A stretch of DNA of 64,000 bases. Origin: a virus. Lineage: Duplodnaviria > Caudoviricetes. Made by a program: the position numbers and the translations under genes. Below are positions 20,901-29,352 of this stretch, in pieces (the first letter of the stretch is position 1; every line of letters begins with the position of its first letter). The DNA is taken from IMG/VR virus record IMGVR_UViG_3300029882_000009, positions 33,746 to 97,745 of that record; one strand, 5' to 3'. Under the pieces are notes generated by a model. It ran no database searches. It had not been told where the DNA came from and saw only the letters and a program-made list of their open reading frames with translations.

Positions 20901-20999
20901 ATAACCATCCAGGCGGCGTTCGGCATCCATCAGGGCTCTATCAAGCCCTGTTAGATCACCGCCGAGCGCTACTGTGGGATTTGCAATTTCTTCTGACAT
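14916..20999 (-). CDS. Tail tape measure protein (TP901 family) with lysozyme-like insert
   Basis: 2027 aa, Ala-rich helical; TP901-type core; VESGLKNL..DHDSIGVFQQR..WG domain. Confidence 0.92.
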   Translation of the reverse strand: MSEEIANPTVALGGDLTGLDRALMDAERRLDGYAKTVEAIGERVQKSLGGPITALNRRIDSLVGKIDLLSGSFNGLTAASDTLNPKLETTTTWLNGVRTSAGIARTEIRGLATDLGVLGRVTDAINNANRAAGNTGGGGGGGGRGRTAAGGAGGRIVNLDAARAKAFEGNRLSAIEYDQYLTGRLNALEAELAAENRAVADSVEYQRLLNTRRGLGTTVAREAAADEVQEFKEGEIEKLASAKTLAAERIEMEKEVAAAEAVLYKYEKDMFGAAEADKLALARIVIKEEKDLEKQRVLLANFGYKEDEKAFRQSEAEKSAALALSVEQYQRSEAIKTAVNKAGSVERAENEADAMLAAASKQGKIDYLQSPEAIKARAKQSSQFTGSGSRDLMGQSYMMASAGFALAAAGGVALYGIGELVKNGMQTEDMIKRIQATAGDTRPYEQIRKEVIAVAKAYDQMPDAVAQALYPVESAGFKGAEGMKVLANAANFAKGNEAEMGDSTELLTKTLIAFRLHASDAAEVTDIYTRAVTDSLQPGKEMVPAFANGMEMAKNAGMSVQEYSAALANMTQTTKNAATASTYLKNFMNGLINPTVAMRKEADKLHLSWLALGEGSEHIRKFGFEETIQELEKATGGKSDMLDKLFPDMRKNQAVFSLLNDGGVRFAKTLNDISNSAGSTTKASDMMNTSLEQTQKHFNASVASFASDAESILKPTVIKLMTTIEGAITTFNGMSPAMEGAIVKTTTFAAVSAVLIGALFTIVGYGMRIGAAFKSWALPLSVVTTETGELAAGGIALSEVFGGPVVWAITALVAVIAGLIYLYDKLGDSHTKTNQDLLDEQDAHLKAARAGQEHAQATLALLKQLADLNDNKGPKTKEQLDEIHDIQNKISLLSPDLVSGYDAQGNAILVMGNNAATAANNLRDMTAAAQDALEKTDLVTAQGTAEQRDDNATDIKRLQWSLKTGMVPTENPNGNALPWLKGWQFRDADPNNPEDMSNPYTSQYEGNGLFGSGDVNGLKTSVLHHGTPQELSDVAAQLRNLGTIQSGLTQNYNQSRTDAAMDATNPNSSGAIARTIIEVGQKMGASQSQILSAVETGIVESGLKNLPDLGKHNDHDSIGVFQQRQGETDKWGPVSSMTNPATAAASYYNQLFKIWNPNHTPGNNAANVQQPRADLRGRYDQAETAARKIMDHYNINDFDPNRPLRAPDNSKKGVSDGSTSGKGIKSSSAADLLSENQTESEIYQSKIDALDAATTAWENHLRETHKPIDADVNAFALLNEKMKVAISTVKEMKEHISILSDPEKMKHGKGATQDQEHAYEAAKDKLKELTAALREAENGEHSFGDSLDEFAKKHAETLKQTAKDTAEAARAYVEASRSLHDATASATGKTDLSDKLQAIQDQAQLYLHPTDPKQKPQSAVDVQRYVTAATNAAKSEDLDTTIAATDRQTQALFALGAASRDNLRNGFIKDIHDLRAELDAGTITSEQFNEKMAPIAETLRSADWQDATDMISGWQDAVKEGHLSLESYISDLKTLQGASLSPEEAKTVASDIATATKQQLASTQEDAKKTADTIGGYFEKAFDVLTSKGNRSENIRKAGEDILKEYEKKSLTDFVKKEVLSVELKGKNPKEDATKKAADDAKAWVDKYAQVGNIVVPALNGLSAIINTRFPELVAALTGVGKSSGSTTPQAPPDPLTETQKAVDHVIATQQVGGDGGSSGGNGKGTSSAIGATQGLGNVSGDISAFNSISDAANSPQGSVSQTTADANAVTAGAAALGLKGDATTPVEKTLSKVQSGLKVAQSVMSLMPKASTVITAASQGMAAANAASAAVAAATLGPVAGAAVSAATTAATASAGAAAAASAATAGAAAASIGASGATAAATAAKTASTGMAGLSTALGYVGLAMSVAQMFGAFGNGGPSKYAVGDVTQKQDFQDVFTDYSPIAKGQYTGQDGLRALLGTTSMGAAGVHSMESGPAPTPANHTIVNHITVNGNPDPSAIHSHIVNDTSEALGHLLTIDNARRGTS

Positions 21000-21022
21000 T
21001 ATACTTTGTCTTTATATTTTAA

Positions 21023-21295
21023 CTATCGAAAGAACGTATCGAAAGACTCACCACTTAATTGAGGAGTCTCTTCACTTTCACGGCGAATCTTATCGGGATC
21101 ACCACCGGATTCGCGAATTTTTTGGTCTATCAATTGCTCCAAATATAATTGAATTTGAAGTCTTGTCATTGATGACATTATATATTCTTTAGTGAATCTA
21201 TATTCTCTTCCGAAGATTGAATAGACAAAGGCTCGGTCAAGTTTGTTAGCGCTGTCTGGTCGCCGAATATCCCCGTCAGCGCTTCGAAGTTTTTT
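21023..21295 (-). CDS. -1 frameshift extension of tail assembly chaperone (gpGT)
   Basis: A AAA AAC at 21295-21289; -1 frame open to TAG at 21023 (..VYSIFGREYRFTKEYIMSSMTRLQIQLYLEQL..). Confidence 0.8.
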   Translation of the reverse strand, partial: KKLRSADGDIRRPDSANKLDRAFVYSIFGREYRFTKEYIMSSMTRLQIQLYLEQLIDQKIRESGGDPDKIRRESEETPQLSGESFDTFFR

Positions 21296-21690
21296 ATGAT
21301 AAGTGGTATATCTTCAGCTTCGATTATTAGACGTAGAGCTTCGAGACGTTTGTGAATACGAAGATTGTCAGAAACCCAAGACTCGGGTTGTCGCAATGAC
21401 GCTGCGATAATTACAGTAGCGTTCGGAAGTAGCACTTTGAGAATTTGAGGGACGATAGGAATCATGAGCGCTGAGGAAAATATGGGACGCTCTTCAGGAG
21501 GGAGTTGAAAATGTGCGACGGAATCAATGATAGATACGACCGACGACAAAGCATCAGTCACTTTCATTAGAGCACCATCTGGCATAGGAAATATTTCGTA
21601 GTCCGTTCCATTGTTTGAAAACGGTTTTGGTGTAGGATTGAGAATCTCTTCAGGAGTCTTCTCAGCAACAATACTCTTCTTGGCAGCCAT
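21178..21690 (-). CDS. Tail assembly chaperone (gpG)
   Basis: Between tail tube and tape measure genes; contains the slippery site. Confidence 0.8.
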   Translation of the reverse strand: MAAKKSIVAEKTPEEILNPTPKPFSNNGTDYEIFPMPDGALMKVTDALSSVVSIIDSVAHFQLPPEERPIFSSALMIPIVPQILKVLLPNATVIIAASLRQPESWVSDNLRIHKRLEALRLIIEAEDIPLIIKNFEALTGIFGDQTALTNLTEPLSIQSSEENIDSLKNI

Positions 21691-21750
21691 TTTTCTTCCT
21701 TAATTGGGGTAGTGATTATCAACTCATGTGCCAATAATCGTAATATGATA

Positions 21751-21778
21751 GAGGAGGAGGAATTACAAACTCCTCCTC
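21751..21778 (-). terminator. Hairpin after the tail tube gene (mRNA stabiliser or weak terminator)
   Basis: GAGGAGGAG/CTCCTCCTC 9-bp stem, weak U-tract. Confidence 0.5.
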
Positions 21779-21796
21779 ACATTGAACCGTAATTCG

Positions 21797-22384
21797 TTAG
21801 GAGTGGAAGCCAGGTACAGCGCCATTTGCGAAGAAGCGCTCTGCTATTCCACCGATTTGACCGTCTTGGCGGACGTAGGTGTAATCCCATAGGGCGAGAA
21901 GATCAACATCGATATCGGTAACAGCATCTCGTGTCAAATTGAAACCAATGTTGCCATCCATCTTCATCTTCGGGAACACATAAAGTTCCTGGGGATTACC
22001 GTTGGTGGATACGCCGACAACTGTCACATAACCAGAACGGTCACTAAGATTTTCGGTATAATACTGGGTTTCTGGGCCGAACGAATCCGCAAGGTCAAGA
22101 ATGAAAGTGCCACCAAGAAGAAGCTGCCAGTAACGAAGATCAGCCTTTGCGTTACTGATTTTGCACTTGGTTTCACGATCAGTCTCAAAAGCATCAAGTT
22201 GGTGTACGCTTTCTCCGCCAGTAACACGCGCAGACTTTGAAGTCTTCGTCATGTTCATCTCTTTGAGAGCATAAAGGTTACACGCAACATTGGAAGGGAA
22301 TGGGTAGCTAGACCCAGCCGACCATGGATAGATTATAAGCGCCTGTACGCCTACACGCGCTGGTTGTACTGTAGGTAGTGCCAT
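21797..22384 (-). CDS. Major tail (tube) protein
   Basis: Position, beta-rich 195 aa, AAGGA RBS. Confidence 0.75.
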   Translation of the reverse strand: MALPTVQPARVGVQALIIYPWSAGSSYPFPSNVACNLYALKEMNMTKTSKSARVTGGESVHQLDAFETDRETKCKISNAKADLRYWQLLLGGTFILDLADSFGPETQYYTENLSDRSGYVTVVGVSTNGNPQELYVFPKMKMDGNIGFNLTRDAVTDIDVDLLALWDYTYVRQDGQIGGIAERFFANGAVPGFHS

Positions 22385-22466
22385 AGTATATTTTCCTTAT
22401 TTCTGTTTACTGCACATTCGCTATATTCGCGAAATAATTAAATATACAAATACAGATCAAAACAGA

Positions 22467-22958
22467 TCAATATCCAATCCGATTCATCATGACTTTGTAA
22501 GTCGATCCCCAACGTTCATAGGTCGGATCGGTTGTTGGCAAATAACCAGTTGGCGCAGATTGATGAAAAACATCACATCTGTAATTGGCCGATACATTCT
22601 GACCTTTGATGCCACTAAACCCTACCAATGGATTTCCAAGCAAAATGTCTTGTATTCGAACCTGTATAGCTCTTAGTGTTCCTAAAGCGTCTTCGTCAAT
22701 ATTAGGGTTGCTACGGGTCACTATCTCTAACTTAAAACGCCCCCAAAAAAAGATTGCAAGAGTATTATCCCCATAACTTTCTTGGTTATCTTCATACCCA
22801 TAAACAATTATGGAAGGGTACGAAGCATTTTTTCGCTCTCTTGGCGAAGTCACAGATACAGCACTTAATCCCGCAGCTTGGAAAAGACTTAATATAATCG
22901 CATCATTCACCAAAAGACTTCGAATGAATATGATTAAATCGTCCAATTTACATTCCAA
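22467..22958 (-). CDS. Tail terminator-like protein
   Basis: YPSIIV motif; position before the tail tube gene. Confidence 0.65.
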   Translation of the reverse strand: MECKLDDLIIFIRSLLVNDAIILSLFQAAGLSAVSVTSPRERKNASYPSIIVYGYEDNQESYGDNTLAIFFWGRFKLEIVTRSNPNIDEDALGTLRAIQVRIQDILLGNPLVGFSGIKGQNVSANYRCDVFHQSAPTGYLPTTDPTYERWGSTYKVMMNRIGY

Positions 22959-22963
22959 TTCTT

Positions 22964-23476
22964 TTATATATTGCGCAATGCTCGATCATAAATAGCTGCA
23001 ATTTCTAGAACATGTTCTGCAACAGCATTTTCAAGAAAATGTGTTGCTTGAATACCAGAAACCATATGAGGCCAAAAGAGACTATTCTCGTTACGAGATT
23101 GTGGTACACCAGTTTCGGGATTGATCCAGTGTAACGCATCAGCATCAACAAGAGGTATTTCGTGTCTCTCGGTCCCCCACTCAAGCCAACCTGCATGTTC
23201 TGAGGTAGCTGTAAGTGTCATACGAACTGTATCCCCGGTTCTTACAATTGCTGTAAACCATGAGTTACGAAGTTCTTCTGTTAATTCTTTGTCGAAAGGT
23301 GGTCTATCCTTATTATACACTAATTCGTCAAGGTTAGCAATAGCCATTGCCTGTACAAATAAAATAGCTTCACGAGTTGCTGCATTAAAGGCATTTCTGT
23401 ATTTCAACGACTCTTTTAAACGCCAATCCCGGAAGTGTTGGCTACTTCCAGCTTTCATTTTTAGTGCTGAATCCAT
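22964..23476 (-). CDS. HK97 gp10-like tail completion/neck protein
   Basis: TEELRNS...HAGWLEWGT...V.G..ATHFLENA. Confidence 0.75.
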   Translation of the reverse strand: MDSALKMKAGSSQHFRDWRLKESLKYRNAFNAATREAILFVQAMAIANLDELVYNKDRPPFDKELTEELRNSWFTAIVRTGDTVRMTLTATSEHAGWLEWGTERHEIPLVDADALHWINPETGVPQSRNENSLFWPHMVSGIQATHFLENAVAEHVLEIAAIYDRALRNI

Positions 23477-23482
23477 ATTTTA

Positions 23483-23848
23483 TTATGGCACTATTTTAGG
23501 ACCTTTTGGGTAACGCGCCCAATAAACAACAGTAGAATGACCTATATAAATATCGTTGTTGTCATCATGTGTATATTTCCAACCACCGTGTGTTAAGCGA
23601 ATATATTTAAGTGTTTTTATTGTACCTGTGCCTATCATAGCCATTATTGGCTCTCCAACATCTGGCATTTTATCTTCTGGTTTAATCCATTCAATAATCT
23701 CTTTATGTACCCTATTACTCTTATATATCTGTAAATCACGTTCCTGCTCGCGTTCATAACAATCAATACACAACACAATTGTAGTAAAGTTAGGTAATAA
23801 TTTGGAAATCTTACCATCGTTAGGACAAGATAAGGTGAAGCATTTCAT
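23483..23848 (-). CDS. DUF551-like protein
   Basis: EWIKPEDKMP...VVYWARYPKGP; ATG at 23848 overlaps the upstream stop. Confidence 0.65.
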   Translation of the reverse strand: MKCFTLSCPNDGKISKLLPNFTTIVLCIDCYEREQERDLQIYKSNRVHKEIIEWIKPEDKMPDVGEPIMAMIGTGTIKTLKYIRLTHGGWKYTHDDNNDIYIGHSTVVYWARYPKGPKIVP

Positions 23849-25554
23849 TTTGTTCTCTCCAATACAAAATGCATGGTCGATGGCCCTATCCAACCTCCCC
23901 AATCAGATTCCTCAAACTGTGATTGTTTATCAGAGGGTTTCCAACCGAACTGTTTGAATTTGTTAATCCATTGATCGTAATTCCACTTAGTCACATGTAG
24001 ATCAACACCATTACTCCATGAACTGTCATTCGAAGCAGTGAAAACACAGATCGAATCTTCGTGTGTATGTGTGCTTATATTCCAGAACATCATAGTAAGA
24101 TCGTCTTCGTGAATATGTTCTAGAACCTCAAAAGATGTTACGACATCAAATTTGTCATACGTGAGGGTAAAAGGTTTTGTTATATCCGCTGTGAAGAAAT
24201 GATCAGAGTATTTACCCATCCATTCACTATTGCCGTTTGTGATTGGATAATCTGCACCTTCTATACCGATTGATAAAACACCTTCACCAAGCATTTGACG
24301 TACAAATTTACCTCCAGCGCAGCCAAGATCAAGGTGGGATTCTATATCAAATGAAAGAAGGCGTTGTACTAATTCCGGATTTCCAGTATTCCACAATGCG
24401 CCGAGAGGGTTTTGATAATCCTGCGATTCGTAGGCGATTGGGTATTCGGTCGAAATTTTTACTGGTCCATTAACGCCATTGTTGTGCGCGTTTCTATCAA
24501 TCGCTTGTTTAATGATATTTTCCCAAATATGGATAACACGATCAGGATCGTATTTATCCTTAATAGCTGGCATCATAAGTTCGCGATTTTTCTGTTGCCA
24601 GTCAGGATCGTTTAGTGCGTTTGAAACTGCAATCGGATAATCGTTGTAATCTGCATTATGACCATATTCAACTGTATTGTGCATCCCTCCGCAATTTACA
24701 ACGAGGGGCACCGCGCCAAAAATCTGGGATTTTATTGTGGACGCTGGGGAAATTTCCGCATCGAATGTCGAAGGGTAGGTTAGTAACTCTGCTTTTGATA
24801 ATTCAATAGCTAGTTCATCATGGCTACAATTTTTGAGTGGTAATACACCAAGTTCCTCATTGCCGTTTTCCCATTTCTCAAACCAAGGACGATCAACATC
24901 ACACATTCTGTCGTGTGCGATACTGAAACGCCAACAAATTTGTAGGGTAGCATGAGGAGCACGACGCTTAATTTCCGACCAATAGTTCATAAGACGTTCA
25001 AGGCCACGCGTAGGGCAACTACAATACACACAGCGGCCAGGAATACGTTCTACATTTATATCAAACGTTGGAACCATAATTGGACATACGCGGATTTTTG
25101 ATGCTGGCACCCCGTGTTCAATGTAGAGTTTTCTGTGATGCTCATTGAGAAGAATTATAAGATCAACATTCTTTAATGCACCGTTCTCAATCTCTTCGTG
25201 TGTAAACATATGGTCAGATATTGGAATATCGTGACACAAAAGAACTTGTAATGGTGCATGTCGTTCTCTCACTAAATTCTTGTTACGCTGGGAGCAATAG
25301 ACATCGCAATCTGGAGCAGGACCATCTTGATAATTGATATAGGTTACGCCATCATAAACACCAGCATGGTCACGACAATCGTTGCGAAAAGTGACCCGAT
25401 GACCAAGTTTTACAAGATATTTAGCAGTATATTGAGCCTGTTCCTCGCTCCCTCCAAAATATCTGTTTCCTTCTAAGTGCGATTCAGGCCACCAACCACC
25501 AGGAGATCCACCGGAGTCACAATCAATCACTATATTGAGAGAATTTAAATTCAA
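23845..25554 (-). CDS. GT-B (GT4-like) glycosyltransferase fused to SAM-dependent methyltransferase
   Basis: GGSE, PTRGL, YPSTF.AE motifs; LDLGCAGG and FDVVTSFEVLEHI. Confidence 0.85.
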   Translation of the reverse strand: MNLNSLNIVIDCDSGGSPGGWWPESHLEGNRYFGGSEEQAQYTAKYLVKLGHRVTFRNDCRDHAGVYDGVTYINYQDGPAPDCDVYCSQRNKNLVRERHAPLQVLLCHDIPISDHMFTHEEIENGALKNVDLIILLNEHHRKLYIEHGVPASKIRVCPIMVPTFDINVERIPGRCVYCSCPTRGLERLMNYWSEIKRRAPHATLQICWRFSIAHDRMCDVDRPWFEKWENGNEELGVLPLKNCSHDELAIELSKAELLTYPSTFDAEISPASTIKSQIFGAVPLVVNCGGMHNTVEYGHNADYNDYPIAVSNALNDPDWQQKNRELMMPAIKDKYDPDRVIHIWENIIKQAIDRNAHNNGVNGPVKISTEYPIAYESQDYQNPLGALWNTGNPELVQRLLSFDIESHLDLGCAGGKFVRQMLGEGVLSIGIEGADYPITNGNSEWMGKYSDHFFTADITKPFTLTYDKFDVVTSFEVLEHIHEDDLTMMFWNISTHTHEDSICVFTASNDSSWSNGVDLHVTKWNYDQWINKFKQFGWKPSDKQSQFEESDWGGWIGPSTMHFVLERTK

Positions 25555-25556
25555 AA

Positions 25557-25664
25557 TTAATCCTTAAATGGTCGCTTACACCACATTGTCCAGTAGTGCA
25601 TAAACACTATTCCCAAATTAAAACTGATAACAGCAATAACTAAGTCTTTTGGTGGTGTTATCAT
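25557..25664 (-). CDS. 35-aa hydrophobic peptide (not in ORF track)
   Basis: MITPPKDLVIAVISFNLGIVFMHYWTMWCKRPFKD*, ATGA-coupled to the upstream gene. Confidence 0.45.
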   Translation of the reverse strand: MITPPKDLVIAVISFNLGIVFMHYWTMWCKRPFKD

Positions 25665-26248
25665 ATTTCTACCTCTACCCATCTACGAGCTACGTTAATA
25701 ACTCTTGTATTATAATGTTGGTATTCTCCTGCGCCTTCGTGAATGTGACCGCAGATAAACAACTTTGGATGATGTTTGTCTATATAGGCACGAGCGTATG
25801 GACTACCAAGACCGTTGTCACATATCCCAAAAGGCGGCCCATGAGAGACTACAATATCAACATAAGGAAAACTCCATGTTTCCTCTTGCTGCCCTTTACT
25901 GGATGTCATATTCCAGTTGAAACAGTTTGGACCAAACAAACTTGTTTCTGAAACACCACGAATTGACATTCCATTTGATAGTGTCCATCTGTGGCTTTCT
26001 ATGCAACAACATGTATGTGTGAAATTACTAGATATTCCATTATCGTGATTCCCGCTTATCCACACAACTGATTGGTAATTTTCACTTAGTTGATTCAGCC
26101 ATACTTTAGCTTTGTCATATTCGTGTTGTCTCCAATTTCCAAAATTTGTAAGATCTCCTGCAATAATCACAACATCAGCTTCTGGCATCATTTCAGGGTC
26201 AAACCGCTCAAACTCGCAGTGGATATCAGACATACAAAGAAGTTTCAT
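25661..26248 (-). CDS. Calcineurin-like metallophosphoesterase
   Basis: SDIH, AGDL, GNHD, SHGPP and GHIHE motifs. Confidence 0.92.
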   Translation of the reverse strand: MKLLCMSDIHCEFERFDPEMMPEADVVIIAGDLTNFGNWRQHEYDKAKVWLNQLSENYQSVVWISGNHDNGISSNFTHTCCCIESHRWTLSNGMSIRGVSETSLFGPNCFNWNMTSSKGQQEETWSFPYVDIVVSHGPPFGICDNGLGSPYARAYIDKHHPKLFICGHIHEGAGEYQHYNTRVINVARRWVEVEI

Positions 26249-26958
26249 TACCTTAACTCCAACTGTCTGCGCACTTCATCTCTTTTTTCAGGAGTAACGT
26301 CATCAAGACCACCACCATGACCTTGAGGGATCTGAATATACATCTGTCGATTTGATACCTGAACTTGCGATTTAACAATATCAACAACCTTACGAAAAAT
26401 CATGTGAGTCATTATTCCATGAATATCCTCACAAATCTGAATATCGTCACTGTTAACCACAAGCGGCACCGGAGAATAGATGAGAGCTTCACCACCACCA
26501 CAACCTGTAAGGGTTATGGTGTCAAGCTTTAGTTCCTTAGCAGCTTTAAGAACTTCCATAATATTCTTAGAATTCCCACTGCTAGAAATTATAAGGAGAC
26601 AATCGTAGTTCTGTTTCTTGCGTGTTTTGAATTCATTTTTTAGTTCACAGGCAAGAGCTTCAACATAGCTTACATCATTACTCCACGCTGTGAGAAGAGG
26701 GATATTGTCAGTAAGACATCGAGCATCCATTCCGTGCTCACCGGTCTCAATGGCAATTCCTTTAGATAGATCAGCGACAAAATGAGAAGCCATTGCAGCC
26801 GAACCACCATTGCCGCAAATCAATAGGCGATGATGATTGCGCCAAACATCATGTAGTATCTTGGCAACTTTGTCAATTTGTGTAGTGTTGATTTGATCAA
26901 TGCTTCTAAGAAGATCAATCTTGTACGATTCCGTAGTATTTTTTAGATCTTGGTCCAT
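26248..26958 (-). CDS. gmhA: SIS-domain phosphoheptose isomerase-like protein
   Basis: CGNGGSAAMASHF, TAWSND, ISSSGNSKNI and CEDIH motifs. Confidence 0.85.
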   Translation of the reverse strand: MDQDLKNTTESYKIDLLRSIDQINTTQIDKVAKILHDVWRNHHRLLICGNGGSAAMASHFVADLSKGIAIETGEHGMDARCLTDNIPLLTAWSNDVSYVEALACELKNEFKTRKKQNYDCLLIISSSGNSKNIMEVLKAAKELKLDTITLTGCGGGEALIYSPVPLVVNSDDIQICEDIHGIMTHMIFRKVVDIVKSQVQVSNRQMYIQIPQGHGGGLDDVTPEKRDEVRRQLELR

Positions 26959-28778
26959 TTATGCTTCCCTGCCTTTAAGTTAAGATCCCATGCTCCAAAT
27001 TCGTTAAATTCATTTTCTTTGTGCCATTCAGGAGATGGAGTGTGCTCTGCAAGTTCTGCACCTATAGATTGAATACGTGCGACTGTTGGGAATACACATT
27101 TTACTTTATTGGCTCGTGCCCACCAGTCAAACTCTCCGTTGATATTGGAAACGTTAGATCTGTAAAGATTTCCATCAAGGCCATAGATGGCTTCATATCG
27201 ATCTTCCCACATTGCCCAACCCCAGGGAATAAATGCTTCTTGCTCTTCATATTGATAGGGGTTAATGCCTTCAATACTTGATATACGGTTATAGCCAGTA
27301 ATGGATGTTATTTCAGTATCGTCCTTATACTTGTCTCCAGCCCACACAAACCAATCAAGAGCGTCTTTGGATGGAATAGTATCGTCTTCTAGAAATATAA
27401 CGTAATCAGAGATACTAAAGGCAAGAGGGAGAAGAAATAACTTACTTTCATCAACTCCGCGTCGAGGATGGGAAACTATGATTTGAACATCTCCAGCCTT
27501 ACCACTATCCTTAAAACTCTGTGCGATCTTACGTACTTCTACACATGAGTTGAAATTGTTTGTGTCAATATCAATATGAACAAGTACGAGATAATCTTTG
27601 ATATTGTTACATTTCCCCAGTGCATCAAAAAATTGCTGGGAATATTTTGGCCTTCGGTAATGAGTTGTAGCAATTACTTTTTTACAGGTTGTTTCAATCT
27701 TCATATTGTTGCTTTTCCGATATGATGGAGTCGGACGTTCAAGTATCTTTTCGATAGCACTGACAACTTCCGCTGGGGGAATATCCAGACAATGTGGTTG
27801 GTCGTCATCAGCCTTATTCATACAAAAGTACTGGCGGCAGGGATAACGCGCACAATTATGACGTGCATCGATAGTTACCAGCTTTGTATGTGTCTCGCGC
27901 TCTGTGACATCCATAGCCCCAAAATAGGCTACTGTAGGACAATCGAGGGAACCAGCTAAATGAAAAATGCCCGTATCGGGAGTCAAAACAACATCTGAGG
28001 CTTTAAGAACAGCAGCCAGTTCTCTCATACTTAAATCGCCAGAAGCATTGATGATTGAAGGATGGTAAGAGGACAGATCGAGTTTTGTAGTGTGGGTAAC
28101 TATACAAGAATAACCTAATGTACATAGATGATTTAGAACCGCTCTGTGAGTTGATTCGCCCCAGTTACGATTATAGCGGGAAGATGTCCAATTATATGCA
28201 ATGGTAGTATGTTGATCTCCTCGCATAAGAGATACCCAATCTTTACCCCATACTATCTCGCTTTCAGTAAGGTAAAAATCAAGATGCTTGTCGTCTCCGG
28301 CTTCAATATCGGCCACTTTGCAAAAGGCGTCAACACGATGATCATGGGTTCCGGCAAGTTCAAGATTCTCTACTACCATACGAAGATCTAGAGTTATATC
28401 CCATCGATCACGTTTTTGATTATCTTCTTGTAATGAAAACACACGACGAACATAGGGGTTATGATCAAAAATCAACATATTCTCACGGTTACACATTACA
28501 TCGACAATGGCACCGAGAGCTTTTAATTTACGGACTAGTGGAGTAATTAGCAAAACGTCGCCAAAACCTGTATCACGCACAACAAGGATGGTGGTGTTTG
28601 GAGGAAATGGACCACTATATTGTCTGAATATGTTGTAATGAGCTGCCCCTATAGAGATAAGAATATCTGCAATTTCATCAGAAACGGTACACTTACCATC
28701 CGTAAACTGAATAGTTGCCCCCCCAGCTACAGGTAGTTTAAGTTTAACGTTAGGAATTTTGCTAGTGAGGGTCTTCAT
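26943..28778 (-). CDS. GT9 (heptosyltransferase-like) plus GT-A glycosyltransferase fusion
   Basis: RDTGFGDVLLITP and TPDTGIFHLAG (GT9); HYRRP.Y, IFLEDD and PWGWAMW (GT-A). Confidence 0.85.
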   Translation of the reverse strand: MKTLTSKIPNVKLKLPVAGGATIQFTDGKCTVSDEIADILISIGAAHYNIFRQYSGPFPPNTTILVVRDTGFGDVLLITPLVRKLKALGAIVDVMCNRENMLIFDHNPYVRRVFSLQEDNQKRDRWDITLDLRMVVENLELAGTHDHRVDAFCKVADIEAGDDKHLDFYLTESEIVWGKDWVSLMRGDQHTTIAYNWTSSRYNRNWGESTHRAVLNHLCTLGYSCIVTHTTKLDLSSYHPSIINASGDLSMRELAAVLKASDVVLTPDTGIFHLAGSLDCPTVAYFGAMDVTERETHTKLVTIDARHNCARYPCRQYFCMNKADDDQPHCLDIPPAEVVSAIEKILERPTPSYRKSNNMKIETTCKKVIATTHYRRPKYSQQFFDALGKCNNIKDYLVLVHIDIDTNNFNSCVEVRKIAQSFKDSGKAGDVQIIVSHPRRGVDESKLFLLPLAFSISDYVIFLEDDTIPSKDALDWFVWAGDKYKDDTEITSITGYNRISSIEGINPYQYEEQEAFIPWGWAMWEDRYEAIYGLDGNLYRSNVSNINGEFDWWARANKVKCVFPTVARIQSIGAELAEHTPSPEWHKENEFNEFGAWDLNLKAGKHKWTKI

Positions 28779-28830
28779 ATGACTCTTTCTTTGATCTATT
28801 TACTTAATTATGACACAAATAATCCTATTT

Positions 28831-29343
28831 TTAATCACCCTCGGGGCTTAGTGTTCTTAAAGGCACCTTGAGATGATGCTTACGTCCACCATCGTCTACG
28901 GCGGCTTCTACACGGTAGGTTTGTCCATTACTGTCTACGATACGGTCAAGGAATAATATATCTGTAGATGCCGCGTTTGGTACATGATTTACAATTCTAT
29001 TACAATATAAGAAATGGGTGATGTGCTGGGCCGTGCCTTCCATTTCACTGGTTAAAATACCTTGCCCTTTCATTGGAATATAAGATTGAATAGTCCCTCT
29101 AAATTGTTGAGTTGGGTAGGTCGAAAAATTAATCGTCTGATTCCCTCTCGAAGTTTCGGTATATGTTGGCCGTAGGCGTGTATAGGTATCGGGCAGTAAA
29201 TTCCAGTCAATTCCTGTGTGCCAAACACCAGCAGGATTTCCAGAAGGAAAACCAGTAGGAGCGGAACCTTGACTGACTCCGCTCCCTGGATCGTTCCCTA
29301 GACTATTGCCGGGATCATTACCTATTCCGTCTCCGAGAGGCAT
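28831..29343 (-). CDS. Head-closure (SPP1 gp16-like) protein
   Basis: THFLY...DI...DRIVD..GQTYRV...HHL pattern; position. Confidence 0.65.
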   Translation of the reverse strand: MPLGDGIGNDPGNSLGNDPGSGVSQGSAPTGFPSGNPAGVWHTGIDWNLLPDTYTRLRPTYTETSRGNQTINFSTYPTQQFRGTIQSYIPMKGQGILTSEMEGTAQHITHFLYCNRIVNHVPNAASTDILFLDRIVDSNGQTYRVEAAVDDGGRKHHLKVPLRTLSPEGD

Positions 29344-29352
29344 ATAATTTCC

